Shown: positions 12,368 to 25,809, numbered from the whole stretch's first letter. The stretch: 63,992 nucleotides of DNA, filler included, from Neoconidiobolus thromboides FSU 785 (GCA_025603075.1; 5 parts of 5 records of this genome joined end to end with filler, not necessarily neighbours in it); one strand, 5' to 3'. The notes: generated by a model not told the origin, from the letters alone. Made by a program: numbers and translations.

Positions 12368-14038
12368 CTCACTACATCTAAAAAATTATTTAATTGATTT
12401 AATATCTAAAAAGCTTTTATCTGAAAAGTTCATAAAAGTTAATATATAGACAGATACAGGAAATTATTTCAAATCTTGGGAGTTTTTATAGTATATAGTT
12501 AAAAAAATTTATAAAATAAAGTAATTTAAATATTAATCTTAATCTTTTTGCTAAATATTATAGAAAAAACATAGCTAATAAATACTTTATAATAGAAAAT
12601 TAAATACTTTATAATAGAAAAATAATTTTAAAGCATTAGATAAAATAAAAAATATTAATTAATTTTAAAATTTGAGATTTTTATTTATAAACATAACAAA
12701 ACTAATAATTTAACTGTTAATAATAAGTATGAAAGCTGGTACTCAGTGGTTGGAGTCAAAAACAGCTATTGCTCGATTGACTACACTATAAGTCGAAAGG
12801 TTTTAGTTTATGTGACTAAGATATGCTTTGATTATGAAGAATAGCATGTAATAGGTTACAAGCTATATAAGACAAATAGAATAGACAATACTAATGTAAA
12901 ATCTATGTAAAATACTATTAAGTAAACTTATTGACTTTATTAAATGTTCGAGATATCAGGGATTAATTCAGTTAAAAAGCCTCGAACTACTATACTCTGT
13001 AAACTCTTTCATACTCTGAAAAGTATAAATATCAAAATGAAAAGATAACATTCTTTGGGATGAAGCTAGAAATTCTCATAGCAAATCAAAATAAGAACGT
13101 GGGATTGGTTTCCTCTGAACTCAAGAACACAACAGCTTAGGCGATTGTTATGCTATAATTAACCATTGGAGTAACAAAGCAATATTTCATATAAGAAAAC
13201 ATATGTAATTTTTAAAAAATACAAAGAATACGAGAAATAGTAAAATAATAAAAATATAAGATGTTAAAAAATAGTTGTATTTTATTAAATATAAGAATAA
13301 ATTACACTGTTATTCAATACCTGATAGATTTAAAAAAGTGATATAACTAATTAAAGTTGTAAAGTATAGAAAACAAAAAAAATCAAAAGATTAGCCTTAG
13401 GTTATCTTATAAAAATAATAATGGAAATTTAACTCTCGATATTTGTTAAGCAATCAAGTGGTTTATTAAATGATAAAAATCAGTTATTAAATGTTAATAT
13501 TATTCAAACTATTAATAGTTAAGTTAATAAATAGTTAAAAAGCAAGTAATCATAACAATGAATAAAAATTATTATTATATTGCTTATATTATATAAAAAT
13601 GGTTAATTATAGTTTTAAGGCTAATCACTCCCTCCCCATGGAGCTATTTATCAACTTAGTGATATACCAATAATGTAATTATAACATCAAATAATTTATT
13701 TATTTGATAGCAAATCTACAATGCTGCCTATATATAAAGCAATTAATAATGAATGTTTCTCAATGAAATTTTATAGAAATATGTATTTATTTACATACTA
13801 AAACTTTGATTAATGTCAGTATATATAAGTTATATTAATAGAAGCCTTGTTGGTCCAGAAATTTTAAATTTGATATAAATTTCACTAAATTACAATATAA
13901 AGTATAATGGGAAATTTAAAACTGTCCTAAATACCTTTGGTTTTTAGTAAAGAGTTTATTTTTACAGAATTAAGTAAAGTTTTTAAAATTAAGATTTTTA
14001 AAAATTGGATAAAAAATGAAATCAAACCGGATATCCCC
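12368..14038 (+). mobile_element. Decayed DNA transposon relic, copy 1 (Sola2-like), 5'-truncated
   Basis: Colinear with ~54505-56763 once nested inserts are removed; ends in AAAAATTGGATAAAAAATGAAATCAAACCGGATATCCCC. Confidence 0.75.
12728..13191 (-). mobile_element. Solo LTR (family LTR-A), 464 bp
   Basis: Termini TATGAAAG...ATTTCATA (TG/CA mutated), TAAG TSD on both sides, roughly 90% identical to the reverse complement of 54941-55404. Confidence 0.9.
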
Positions 14039-14702
14039 TATATTATATTTTATTTGGAAATTTGACATCTTTTGAAGAAAATGGTTTATTAAATGAGTTT
14101 TTTAACCAGTCGAATAAATCCAAGTTATAAAAGCTATAATATATAAAATCCAAACATTTAAAAATACAATCCCTTCCTTTAATATATGGTTACAGACATA
14201 AGTTAGAATAATAGAACAAAAATTAATAAAAATTTAATATTCAAATTCTTTTAAAAAGAAGCTTCTATCTTTCTTATTGGTCAAGTTTCTTTTTTACCAA
14301 AATAAAAGCAGCAATACATTATCTAAGATATTAGTATATTAAAAAATCATTTAAGTTTGATTCTCATTGAAATTCAACAGAGAAATGCTAAAATTTAGAA
14401 TCCTGATTACGCTTTACTTCAATTAGTTGCTCTCCTCAATTTTTTATTGAACTTTCATTACATGTAATTTTTTCACTGAATAAAACTACTTAAATAATAC
14501 TTCGAATCTTAGATTTTTGTCAAAAAATAAATAATAGGGAGTATAACACAATTTTTCAATCAGCTGACATAATTTTTTTTCTATTGGTTGATATTAAAAC
14601 CATAATGGAAAATGATCTCACCAGCTAATTGAAAAACGAATATAAATTTAATGAATAGTTGACTAAAGTATTAAACTTTTTTTATAATAATAAAAAAGAA
14701 AA

Positions 14703-16345
14703 ATGAGTGACTTAAAAGCTTTCTATGATTATGTCGATCAACATCAAAATGATTTTATTAATGAATTAAGACAAGTTGTTGCTATTAAAAGGTAATAATA
14801 ATTCCATATAAATTAAGGCTTAATTTAAACTTCAATGTTAGTGTTTCTGCTTCTGTTGAATATCGTTCTGAGGTAATTAAAATGGGAGAATGGTTTCAAG
14901 CCGAGTTAGAAAAATTAGGAGCAACGTAATTTGTTTAACTAACAATAAATCTTCAAACTCACCCTTTTCATATCATCTAGCACCAAACGTGTCGAACCAG
15001 GAAAACAAGAATTAGAAGGACAAACAATTGATTTACCACCCGTTATCTTAGGTCGTTATGGTAATGATCCAAACAAAAGAACCGTATTAGTTTATGGACA
15101 TTATGACGTCCAACCTGCTTTAAAAGAAGATGGCTGGAATACGGATCCATTTACCTTAACTGAAGATGAAGAAAATCGATTAATTGGTAGAGGTGCTACA
15201 GATGATAAGGGCCCTATCTTAGGTTGGTTGTTGGTTATCAAAGCATTTAAAGAATTAGGAATGGAATTTCCAGTAAATTTAATTACTTGTTTTGAAGGTA
15301 AATAATAACTAATAATAATAACTAATAATAACAATCGTATTATTTCAAAAGGTATGGAAGAAAGTTCATCCGTAGGGCTAGATGAAATAGTTTATCAAGA
15401 AGCCAATGGTTTTTTTAGTGGAGTGGATTGCGTTTGTATTTCGGATAATTATTGGTTAGGAAAAGATAAACCATCGTTAACTTATGGATTGCGTGGTGTA
15501 TCTTATTTTCATGTAAGTATTTTAGGTCCAAAAGCGGATTTACATTCAGGTGTATTTGGTGGTACTGTTCATGAACCTATGACCGATTTAATTAACTTGT
15601 TTTCTACTTTGGTAAAACCAGATGGTAAAATTTTAATTCCAGGTATCATGGATCAAGTAGCTCCATTATCTAGTAAGTTTATTATATTTATATAATCAAT
15701 ATTAATTTTTTAATTAACTTTTTAGATGAAGAAGATCAATCTTATAATAATTTAGATTTTTCTATGGATACATTACATCAAGCTTTAGGTGCTAAAAATA
15801 CGATTCATGAAAATGTAAAAACCACATTACAACACAGATGGAGATATCCCTCTTTATCTATTCATGGTATTGAAGGTGCATTTTATTCCCCTGGAGATAA
15901 AACTGTTATCCCAGCTAAAGTAATAGGAAAGTTCTCTATTCGTACAGTACCTAATATGGAACCAGAACAAGTTACAAAATTAGTAGAACAGCATATTCAA
16001 ACTGAATTTCAAAAATTAAATAGTAAAAATCAATTACAATTTACTTGTACTTCTGCAGGTAAACCATGGTATTCTTCTTTTAATCATTGGAATTTTGTGG
16101 CTGGTACTAAGGCTGTTGAAAAAGTATTCAATTGTACACCAGAATATACTAGAGAAGGTGGATCTATTCCAGTTACACTTACTTTTGAAGATGCTTTAAA
16201 AAAGAATGTTTTATTACTTCCTATGGGGGCTTGTGATGACGGTGCTCATTCTATTAACGAAAAAATTGATCGTCGTAATTTTATTGAGGGAATTAAGTTA
16301 TTAGGCACTTATCTTGATGAAATTAAATATGTTAAAATGGAATAA
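14703..16345 (+). CDS. DUG1: Cytosolic non-specific dipeptidase / Cys-Gly peptidase (M20, Dug1/CNDP2), 5 exons
   Basis: Introns 14792-14841, 14926-14980, 15298-15351, 15673-15725. Motifs YGHYDVQPA, GRGATDDKGP, GMEES, DLHSGVFGG, REGGSIP, DDGAHSINEK. Confidence 0.95.
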
Positions 16346-16373
16346 ATAAATATGAAATAAATATTGTTTAAAA

Positions 16374-16446
16374 TTTATATTTTATATTTTATATTTTATA
16401 TTTTATATTTTATATTTTATATTTTATATTTTATATTTTATGTTTT
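16374..16446. repeat. (TTTTATA)n heptamer microsatellite, ~10 copies
   Basis: Direct tandem repeat between the convergent DUG1 and ArfGAP 3' ends. Confidence 0.9.
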
Positions 16447-16549
16447 ATTTTACTAATAGGATCTAAATCAAACAAAATTGATAATAAAAGGAAGAAATAG
16501 AGAGATATAGAGATATAGAGAGACAATAGTAATTTGAAATAAATTAATA

Positions 16550-18421
16550 TTAAAATTTTGACCATTCGTCTTCTTGATCATCCCATGAATTATTTTTTTG
16601 ATGTTGATTTCTACCTTTCCTTAATTGAGCTCCACCTAATTTATTATTTTTAATATTACTCTTACTAACTTCTTCTTTTTGATCAAATGATTTCCATCCT
16701 TCTTCTTCTTGTTCTTCTTCGTCATAATAATTATTTTGTTGTTGTTTATTTATATTATTAAAATTATTAAAATTATCTTCTTCCTCATCCCTTTCTTCAT
16801 CTTGATCATAATATTCATATTTATCATCATTTTGATCATAATCATTAGTATCTACTTGACCATATCTACCACTTGATTGATTACCCGAATTTAAATAATC
16901 CGAAAACATAGAAAATCCTCTACTACCAGTTTCTTGAACCTAGAAAGACAGCATATTAATATTTCATTTCATTTTTACATAATCCAATCTATTAACCACA
17001 CTTACCGTTTTTGAAAACATGGAAACATATGATGATACTTTACCATGTAATTCTGGATCTCGAACAGTTTCACTTAATTTTTCACCAGCTGGTTGCAATA
17101 TATTACTATTAATTGTTTTGGCTCCTTCAACTGCAGTAGAGACTGCAGTGGATGCCCCAAAGGATAATAGAGAAAATCCCTTGCTTAAAGTACCCATAGG
17201 ATCTACTAATAAATCTCCAATATCAGGTACTTCTCCTGAACTTGAGCTTGGTTGGGGATCTAATAAGATATTAAATATAAATTATATATATGTTAAATTA
17301 TAATGGGATTAAATTACCTGGTGTATTACCAAATCCTGTATAACGTCCTCCTTGATTGGGAGGTAGATGGCTAAACAATAAATAATAAATATTATGATAA
17401 ATATTATAATAATAAATATAATAATAATGATAAATACAATAATAATTTAGTAATAATAAACTTACTCAGGACGAGTATCATTAGCTTGCCCAAGTTTGGC
17501 AAAATATTCTTCATTATGTGCTTTTGTTGATGATTGTTGATGATTGTTAAATGGTGAACTACTATTAGATCTATCATTAGAATGAAAACTATGATTGGGA
17601 GATAAATTTTTTGATCTAAAATCGGGTTTGTTTGAATTATTATTTTTTGATGATTTATTAGTTGCTCCTAGTTTATTCACGTTCTTTTTGTTATTAACAT
17701 TAATTTTACTCTCTTTATTACTGTTTATTGATTCTTCAACTTCATCGTCTTCGTTAGAAGGTACCCATTCTTTTCCTTCCACTTCAGCAGCTAACTAAAT
17801 TAATGTAAAATTAATATATATTGTTGAAAATTATTTTATAAAAATTTACTTTTTCTTTATATTGTTTAGCAAATTTAGAATGATATTTTTCTTCAATTGA
17901 CATGTTTTCTTTATATTCACTACTACTTTTAAAAAATTCCAATGCTTTGCTATTACCACCTAACTAGTAATAAAAATGTTAATAAATTTATTAAATTATT
18001 TAAATAAATAATAATATTTTAATAATATTTTAATATTTTGCTTACATCCATTTTTTTAAATTGTTGCTCATTCCATCGATCCATTGTAATAGAACGTACA
18101 AAACTAATAACATAATAATATTAATTAATGAATATTTAATTATTAATAACATATATTATTATTATTATTATTATTTACCTAATATGTACACCTAAAGAAC
18201 GATGTTTTCCGGAACAATCCAAACAAAACAATATACCATAAGTTACTGAGGCCCACTGTGGATTAGGAGAATTACAATCGATGCACCTCTAAATTAATTA
18301 AGAATATCAATTTAAATATAATATAAATTAAGTATCAAATAGTAATAGTATAGAAACTTACTTTATTCCCTTCCCTCTTTTGAATTTCTTGTAATTTACT
18401 TAAATACTTATTACCTGACAT
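16550..18421 (-). CDS. GCS1: ARF GTPase-activating protein (Gcs1/ARFGAP1 type), multi-exon
   Basis: Spliced N-terminus [65 protein letters not shown]; later [21 protein letters not shown] and KGFSLLS; acidic C-terminus. Confidence 0.93.
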
Positions 18422-19174
18422 TTGTATTATATTCGTATTATTATACTATTTATATATATAATTATAAAACTTAGTTTTTAAAAATGATTATTTTCTTAAT
18501 AAAATATTGTGCCATCCTTTTCTAACTTAAAAAATTTAATTTCGAACCAATCATTATTAATTATGTCCGCTTAGATAAACCAATTACCTTAGTTTAAGTG
18601 GATGAAAATAATGGAATTTGAGTTCTTTAAGTGATGAGTTTATTTACCAATGTATTGATATTTAATACTTTAACTTTATTAAGGCTGCGTTTTATCAATA
18701 CTGATGATATTGTTATTATAATTAATAAGCATTAATAGATGATAAACTATTATAATTTATTAATTTCTGATTTATTAGCTTTGATTCTTCCAATTATGTG
18801 TTTTATAACTTGCAGAACTTTTAAGTTTGATAAAATTTCAATTAAAAATTTAATTCAAAACTAGTTTAATAACTAAAAATTATTTTTATTTGACAATAAC
18901 CTAGTTTTATCTATACTATTCTTATAAAAAGTTATGAAATATAATAAAAAATAAACTCTATTAATAAAATAAAGTATATCTCCTTATTAATCTAACCTTT
19001 ACTTTCAAGTATTGACCAGTGCATTCATTTCCTTATTAGAAAATTTCAAAGCTAAAGCTAAACCTGAATCTTAAGAATGCGCACTTTCTCTACAGAAATA
19101 TTAAAAAATTGTCACTATTCCATCAGCCTTGAGTGTGATGAATTCAAATATGAATGTTCAAAGAAATAATATAT

Positions 19175-19263
19175 AGAGACGTTTTTTTGGCTTCATTACT
19201 TTTTCCATCTTTTAAGCGCTATTTGAGTGGAAAATTGTTAGTAAAACTCTTAAATACATCCCC
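19175..19263. mobile_element. MITE copy (short internal deletion)
   Basis: Degenerate left TIR, ACATCCCC right TIR, ATAT TSD. Confidence 0.85.
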
Positions 19264-20390
19264 ATATTTAAAGCCAAGCTTCATTCTATTTATCTATAAA
19301 TAGTTCCCATTCATTTCAATGTTTGTGATATACAATAGTGAGGTTTAAGATAATCAATTTTGATTTCGTATTTTGATTTTACATATATACTCAGGTTAAA
19401 GATAAGTTGATATTATTGTTAAATATGTTTGGCAAGATATTTACGAAATTAAAAAATAATGATAGTTATTTATTTACAAGTAGAAAATGAAAGAATTAAA
19501 AACATGAAGTATAAAGACTAGAAAAATAAACTATTAACTATATTAATTAATCTTTATTCAACCTAAAAAAACAAAGAATAAATAAACCGATCAACAAAAA
19601 TGACAATCATCAAAAAGCAGTTTGCTCAGAGATCTTGGTGTAAAAATTTGTCCACAAAAAATTTTCGACTCCTCGAAATTCAGGTTTGCAAGTTTTTAAT
19701 CATAGCCAACTCATTCATTCTACTCAATATAAAACATTTGAATTACCTAATAAACAATAGATTAATATTTGTTATTTAAATTGAATTGTGCATAATGTGG
19801 CAGAGATTAACAGCAACTTCAGTTAAAGTAGTAGTTACATAAATTTTAAGTACTATTGATACGCCGGCAAGCGTTAGTTACTTAAATATTCAAACGCAAA
19901 TTACAATAATGACCATCATATGTAGCTTTGTTAATTCACTCTTTATACTCTTATTCAATATAAATAAAATTATCAAACTTACCTTATAAAATGTATAAAC
20001 ATAATTCTTATCAAATAAATGACAATCTTTTTATATTACAAGTTAACCCCTGTTTGAAAAAATGGAATTTTTTCTCTAAAATTGATTGGTTCAGAAGTGA
20101 GTAAAGCGAGTTTTTTTGCAAAATATGAGAAGACATTTAAAATACAATTTAATGAAGCATTCTTTTTGATAAGGTTAGAAACTGAGTGAGAATTGGTTAT
20201 TCTGAATAGAGTAAGTTGAAGTTAAATATTTTTTAATATCATAATATTAATATTTATATATAGTATAATAATTATTCTATAAAAATTCAGAAAAATAACA
20301 TAATATATTAACTAAAAATAAGTGTATAAGAATATAAAACAAAATCTTGAATTCAATAATTAAATTTTCATTTCATTTATAAATAATATT

Positions 20391-20874
20391 TTAATGCTGT
20401 ATTCTATCTTTAATAGTATCCATTTTCGTTTTGATCTTATTAATTCTTTCTTCCAAACTTAATCTACTTTGCTCTAATCTAAACAAATATTAGATACATG
20501 TTACCATTAATATTCTATTATTTTTTAGATAAAAGCTTACTGTATTTTTTTCATTCGAAGATTAATTTCGTCTTGAGTAACTAATACAGTTTCCTAAAGA
20601 TTAATTTATATTAATATATATATTATCACTTCATACATATCTAGTATTCGCCTTTATAACGATTAGAATAAAAATAAATAAAATAGATTACATTTTCATT
20701 AAGTTTATATTCTACATAACCATCATTTCTTTTTTTTAATTGATAAGTTTTGATCTCTTCTTCTGTTCCATTTGTACTACGAAATTTATAACCAAGATAA
20801 GTACCCCCTAATACAACGGGTATAGAATAAATTAAAAATTGATATTTTTGAAATTTGGGAAGTAAGGAAGCCAT
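20391..20874 (-). CDS. Small ~107-aa protein, one predicted TM segment plus coiled coil, 3 exons
   Basis: Exons 20874-20692, 20593-20541, 20478-20391 with GT-AG introns splice in frame to ...KLNENETVLVTQDEINLRMKKIQLEQSRLSLEERINKIKTKMDTIKDRIQH-stop. Confidence 0.7.
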
Positions 20875-21509
20875 TGCTAATGAATATATCTATTATTTTT
20901 TGGATAATTTCAAAATAAAAAAATAGATAAGTTTCTTTAAAATGTTAAGTTGATTAGGGTAGCTTTTTTATTGGTTGAAATAGAAATTATAAAAGCATAA
21001 GTTTGAGTGATAATGAGAATTTTCTGTGGGAGGGTATTGAGTTTATTTATTTAATAAAATGATAAAAAATCGCAGTAAAGTTATTAATGTTATAAAATTA
21101 GTTTGTTAGCTATTCTCTGTTTTAAAAAGATTACAAGAAATAAAAAACAAAATAAAAAACTATTACTAATACAATATCTATGTGATTAAATAATTAATAC
21201 TATTATATTAATATTTTATCTGAGTTTAAAAATTAAGGATACTATCAGATAATTAATTTATTAGATATTCGAATCTAGAATATGAACCTATGAAAAAAAG
21301 AGTGATTTGAAATTTATATATTAAACCTGTTATTTTCATAAAGACAATAATTCAAAACAATAAAACAATGATACGATACAACATATATTTTTTATTATCG
21401 TTTTTATCAAAAATAAGCCCAGCCTTCGATTATATTCAAAAAGGAATATACAAAATTAATTAATCATTATTCATCATGTTTACAAACTTCAAAAACTCAA
21501 CTTTTTTTT

Positions 21510-22460
21510 TTAAATAAAAGCATAACTATTTACTTGTCTCACCAATTCTACTTTTTGAAAAGGTGGCAATAGAGGTTCCTGGATCGTCACTGCTTGACTA
21601 TTTCTTTTAAAACTAGGTTGCAATTTAGTATCTGGAAAATCTAATGAATTTTTTGTTGATATTAATTTAGCTAATTCATAAATTGTTTGTCCAGCTTCCA
21701 TTAAACCTAAATCTTGTTGTCTTATATCATTAGCAATCGGTAAATGCTCTGTGGTCTTTGAATGAGTTGTGAATGCCTTTGATTTCATATAATCGGTGGA
21801 TGAATTGTAAGATGTTTGTTGAATATGCTGACTTTTTATTTTATTAACAAATGATACATTCCGATGATAACCTCTTCTTAATTTGGTTTGATTTTCAATT
21901 TCCTTCTGTACTAATGTCATGTTCGAATTCATTGACTCTTGCTTTAGATAATTCCAATTACTAGTATTATCTTCAGTTAAACTATAAATAGACAAATTTT
22001 TTTGATTTTCATTTTGGTTTTCATTTTCGTTTTCAAATAACTGTGAATAAACACTATCATTTGGTGAAGTTGAAAATGTTAAGGCACTATAATTATATGG
22101 CCCTTGATGATAACTGTTATTCTTTAATGTGGTATTTGGAGTATAATTAAAATAATCGGTTGTTTCATTGTTATATGTACTTAAGTATTCGCTACTATTA
22201 CCATTATTTTCTTTTTTTAATAAAAACTTGATACTTTTATCACTGGATAATGTTGGACACTCATAGAATGTTGGGATACGTGGGCTGGTGGATTGATTTT
22301 TATTTAGTTTAAAAGAATCGGTCTGTATATCTATAAAATCTGAGCTAATATCTTCGGTTACTGAAGTATTAATACTTAATGCCACTGTTGATTTCTTTTT
22401 GGACTTTTTTCTCGTTAAACTATCAGTCACCTTTTTAAAAAAAGATTTGATTTCCATCAT
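21510..22460 (-). CDS. Hypothetical Ser/Asn/Thr-rich protein (316 aa)
   Basis: Long ATG-started ORF in AT-rich DNA; no domain recognised. Confidence 0.75.
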   Translation of the reverse strand: MMEIKSFFKKVTDSLTRKKSKKKSTVALSINTSVTEDISSDFIDIQTDSFKLNKNQSTSPRIPTFYECPTLSSDKSIKFLLKKENNGNSSEYLSTYNNETTDYFNYTPNTTLKNNSYHQGPYNYSALTFSTSPNDSVYSQLFENENENQNENQKNLSIYSLTEDNTSNWNYLKQESMNSNMTLVQKEIENQTKLRRGYHRNVSFVNKIKSQHIQQTSYNSSTDYMKSKAFTTHSKTTEHLPIANDIRQQDLGLMEAGQTIYELAKLISTKNSLDFPDTKLQPSFKRNSQAVTIQEPLLPPFQKVELVRQVNSYAFI

Positions 22461-23740
22461 GTATTGTTATATAATATTGTTTTGTATTATTATTTTTATA
22501 TTATTTATGATAATTTTGAAAAATTTAAATAAAAAAATGAAAGAAGAGGATTTATTAAAATGTGAGATTATTTTTGACTGTTATTTAAATTAAAGCTTCA
22601 ATAAAAAATTATAAATAGATTCTAATTACCAAATAGACCATAGAACAATTTATTTTTATCTTTACTCTTTATAGTAATTGTTAGATGAAATTCTAAAAGT
22701 CATTGAAATTCTAATTTTCTCTTGTAATATTCAGCCAATCATTGGAGCCTAATTTAATTTTAGAGTGCTACTCTTATGTTAACACCATTAGAATCTTAAT
22801 GCCTTTGGTATTATTTATCTTTGTCTTTTACCACTATTATGTCCATCATTATATTATCCAACCACTATTACTTTCTAGTAAGAATAAAGGGATTTACTTT
22901 ATTATCTTTGTTTCGGTAGTTTAATTTCTTATTTTCATTATTATTAAAATGATGGAATATCGTAATTGATAAATATCATCAGAGCTTTTAGTTAAATATA
23001 GAAAGAATAATTAAATTTATTATTAATTGATCTTATTTACTACTTTTATCAAATTATAAAAACTTAGTTAATATTGACCTAATTTTAATACAATCTATAT
23101 TATAACTTTTACCAACATCTTATTTTTACTAATCAATAAACAAAAGTAATTATGATATTCTATATTCTTTTTTTATTATCGCGCTTCGTCCTACTATATA
23201 AAAAGGAAAGAGTGGTATTATCCTAACTTTGTAATCTGCTGGTTCAAATAAGTGTAGAATCAGTTTTTACCCAAGGTTCAGTTTTTTCCCAGTTTGTCAA
23301 TTTAAATAAAAGCCATAGAAATAGCGGCTTTATACTTAATTTGCAACAAAGTTAAGAAGAGGCTGTAATTAACTGAAATTAAACTAGACTTTGTTTATTT
23401 AGAATGCTTATAAAATTAAAATAATTTCATCTTACTTCCCCTACAAGTTTAATAAGTTAGAATAGCTTATAGCTAGATTTTTTATTGTTTTTAATTTGTG
23501 GAAAATTTTTCTGATATGAATTTGGAGACTATAGCTTTTTTATATTTTTAGATCAATATTAAATAATTTAACTACAGATTAAAAACAATAAAATGCACCT
23601 GATTGCAAACTGCTCTATCTCTTGTTTCCATTTCACCACATTACTCTCTTTCAAAATTAAGGTCACTTGAAGCATAATTGCTTTAAAGGACTCTAAAAAA
23701 TGAAACTCTAATAAACTTATAATACAAGATATATGGATAT

Positions 23741-23838
23741 GGGGATGTTTTTTTTGATTTCATTACTTTTCCATTTTTTAAGCGCTATTCAAGTGAAAAG
23801 ATTGTTAGTAAAATTCTTAAACAAAAAAATACATTCTC
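23741..23838. mobile_element. MITE copy abutting an assembly gap
   Basis: GGGGATGT...ACATTCTC, ATAT TSD; contig ends at 23842. Confidence 0.9.
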
Positions 23839-23842
23839 ATAT

Positions 23843-23942
23843 NNNNNNNNNNNNNNNNNNNNNNNNNNNNNNNNNNNNNNNNNNNNTTAATTAATTAANN
23901 NNNNNNNNNNNNNNNNNNNNNNNNNNNNNNNNNNNNNNNNNN
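23843..23942. other. Assembly gap (44 N + TTAATTAATTAA + 44 N)
   Basis: Same fixed format as the other three gaps. Confidence 0.98.
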
Positions 23943-24062
23943 AATAATTGTTACCTTGTTTTCTTTTAAGACATTTTAAAAATGATACTTAGGTTGAATT
24001 TGTAACTCATAGTATAAATACTTTAATGAAATAATTGTTTTATATTATCAATTAAATCAAAT

Positions 24063-24305
24063 ATGAAATTTATTCAATCAATTGCTGCTTTATCTTTTGT
24101 ACTTCCATTTGTAGTGTCTCTTTGTCCTAATCCAAATAGTGAACGTTGTAATAAAGGAAATAGTGGAGTTTATTGCTATGATGGTTATAGCTGTCCAAGA
24201 TGCTGGACTTGGAATAATGGGGAATGGGATTGCTATGATATCCTTGCTGATTCTAAATGTACTTTTAGTAGTTGGATTGATATTGATAATCCATATAATT
24301 GTTAA
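24063..24305 (+). CDS. Small secreted cysteine-rich peptide (80 aa, 8 Cys), copy 1
   Basis: Signal-like MKFIQSIAALSFVLPFVVS; C-x7-C-x8-C-x5-C-x2-C-x9-C-x8-C-x13-C; TATAAATA ~50 nt upstream; same protein encoded at 42840-43082. Confidence 0.9.
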   Translation: MKFIQSIAALSFVLPFVVSLCPNPNSERCNKGNSGVYCYDGYSCPRCWTWNNGEWDCYDILADSKCTFSSWIDIDNPYNC

Positions 24306-25809
24306 TTCATTTAAATAAACATTATATTATAATCAAATATTATATGTTATACTTGTTCTTTTATACTTGATTTATTGTTATTAAATTGTAAATGAATTTC
24401 CATAGGCCATTTAATGAGATATTTAAATCAAACAGTTATTTTGATTTTCAGCTCTGAAACTAAAGCTATATGAAATTTAGTTATATTATACCAAAACAAT
24501 ATACTGTTTGATATTTATACAATATAACATTTTTACTGTAACATCCAATGAAGTCAAATTGAATAACCTAACAATAGAAACTATCGTTATTTACTTGATT
24601 GTATGGAGATGTTTCAAAAATAAAATAATAATTAAAACCAGATTATAACAGGTAGCAATTTATAAATGAAACTCTTTATTTTAAAGAAACAACATTATAT
24701 ATATTAAGCTAACTGACTATTAACTTTGTCTTTTAAATGATTTTATTACTTTGTTTTTAAATAGATTTTCTGTTCTATAAAATTGGTGCTATATTATGAT
24801 CAAATTTGGGTGGATGTATGATAATAAGGGATGAGCTGTATTGTTTGGGTAGATTTATTGATGTTCTGGATGTAGAGCTCGGGATAACTAATGATTAAAT
24901 ATATAAATCAGATTTAAAAAAAGAGGCTAGATTGTCTAGCAATACAGTGGGGTGGGAAGAATACGGCTTAACCAATTTACTAAAGGTGATAATAAATCCT
25001 AGTTTTTTTATATTGGTAACAAAAAAGTAGTCTATTTTCATACTGATAATCCATAAATAATGATGAATTTTAATTATTTTAATATTGATAAAGAGCAGTG
25101 ATATAAAAAAACATCCTGTTAAAGACTTGTATTGTTAAAACAATGGTTTTATTTTCATGAAAGGCGGGCTCACATATCAGCAGAGCTTTGATGTTTCACA
25201 AGGTGATAAAAGTCTAGATAAATTTTATATCTCTAATGTATTTGCTCATTTTCTATTTTCAACACTAAGATTAATATATTTTAATCTTCGAGCTAGGAAA
25301 ATAAAAGCAATATGCCAAGAAAATAAAAACTACAACATAGCAACTGTTTACCAGAATGAATAAACTGTAATTTCATGAAAAAAGGAAAGTCTCAACAGGT
25401 TCTATTCCTCCTTTTAAATATTCAATATTTAAGCTAGACTTGGCTTTTCATAACTTGATTGGGTATTATATTGAATATAACAAAACCACTCATTTATACA
25501 TATTCAAAAATAAATCAATCAGTATACTAAAAGACACTGAGACCCGATTCTAAAAGGAATGGTGTTTATGAAATTCAACCTTGTCCTTTCAAGTTTATAT
25601 CATTAAATAAAGCACCTCGGATTGCCAACAACAGAGCATTGTAATAAAGATAGATATATGATAAATACATTTGATTTAGAAAAAATCATAAGCTAAATAC
25701 AGTAAATATATGGACTCTACGCTTAGCAATAGACTAACTGCATTCAGAGGTCAAATAAAGTTCTAATATTTGATATGAAAACTTTGTAACAATTTGATAG
25801 GATGTTTCC

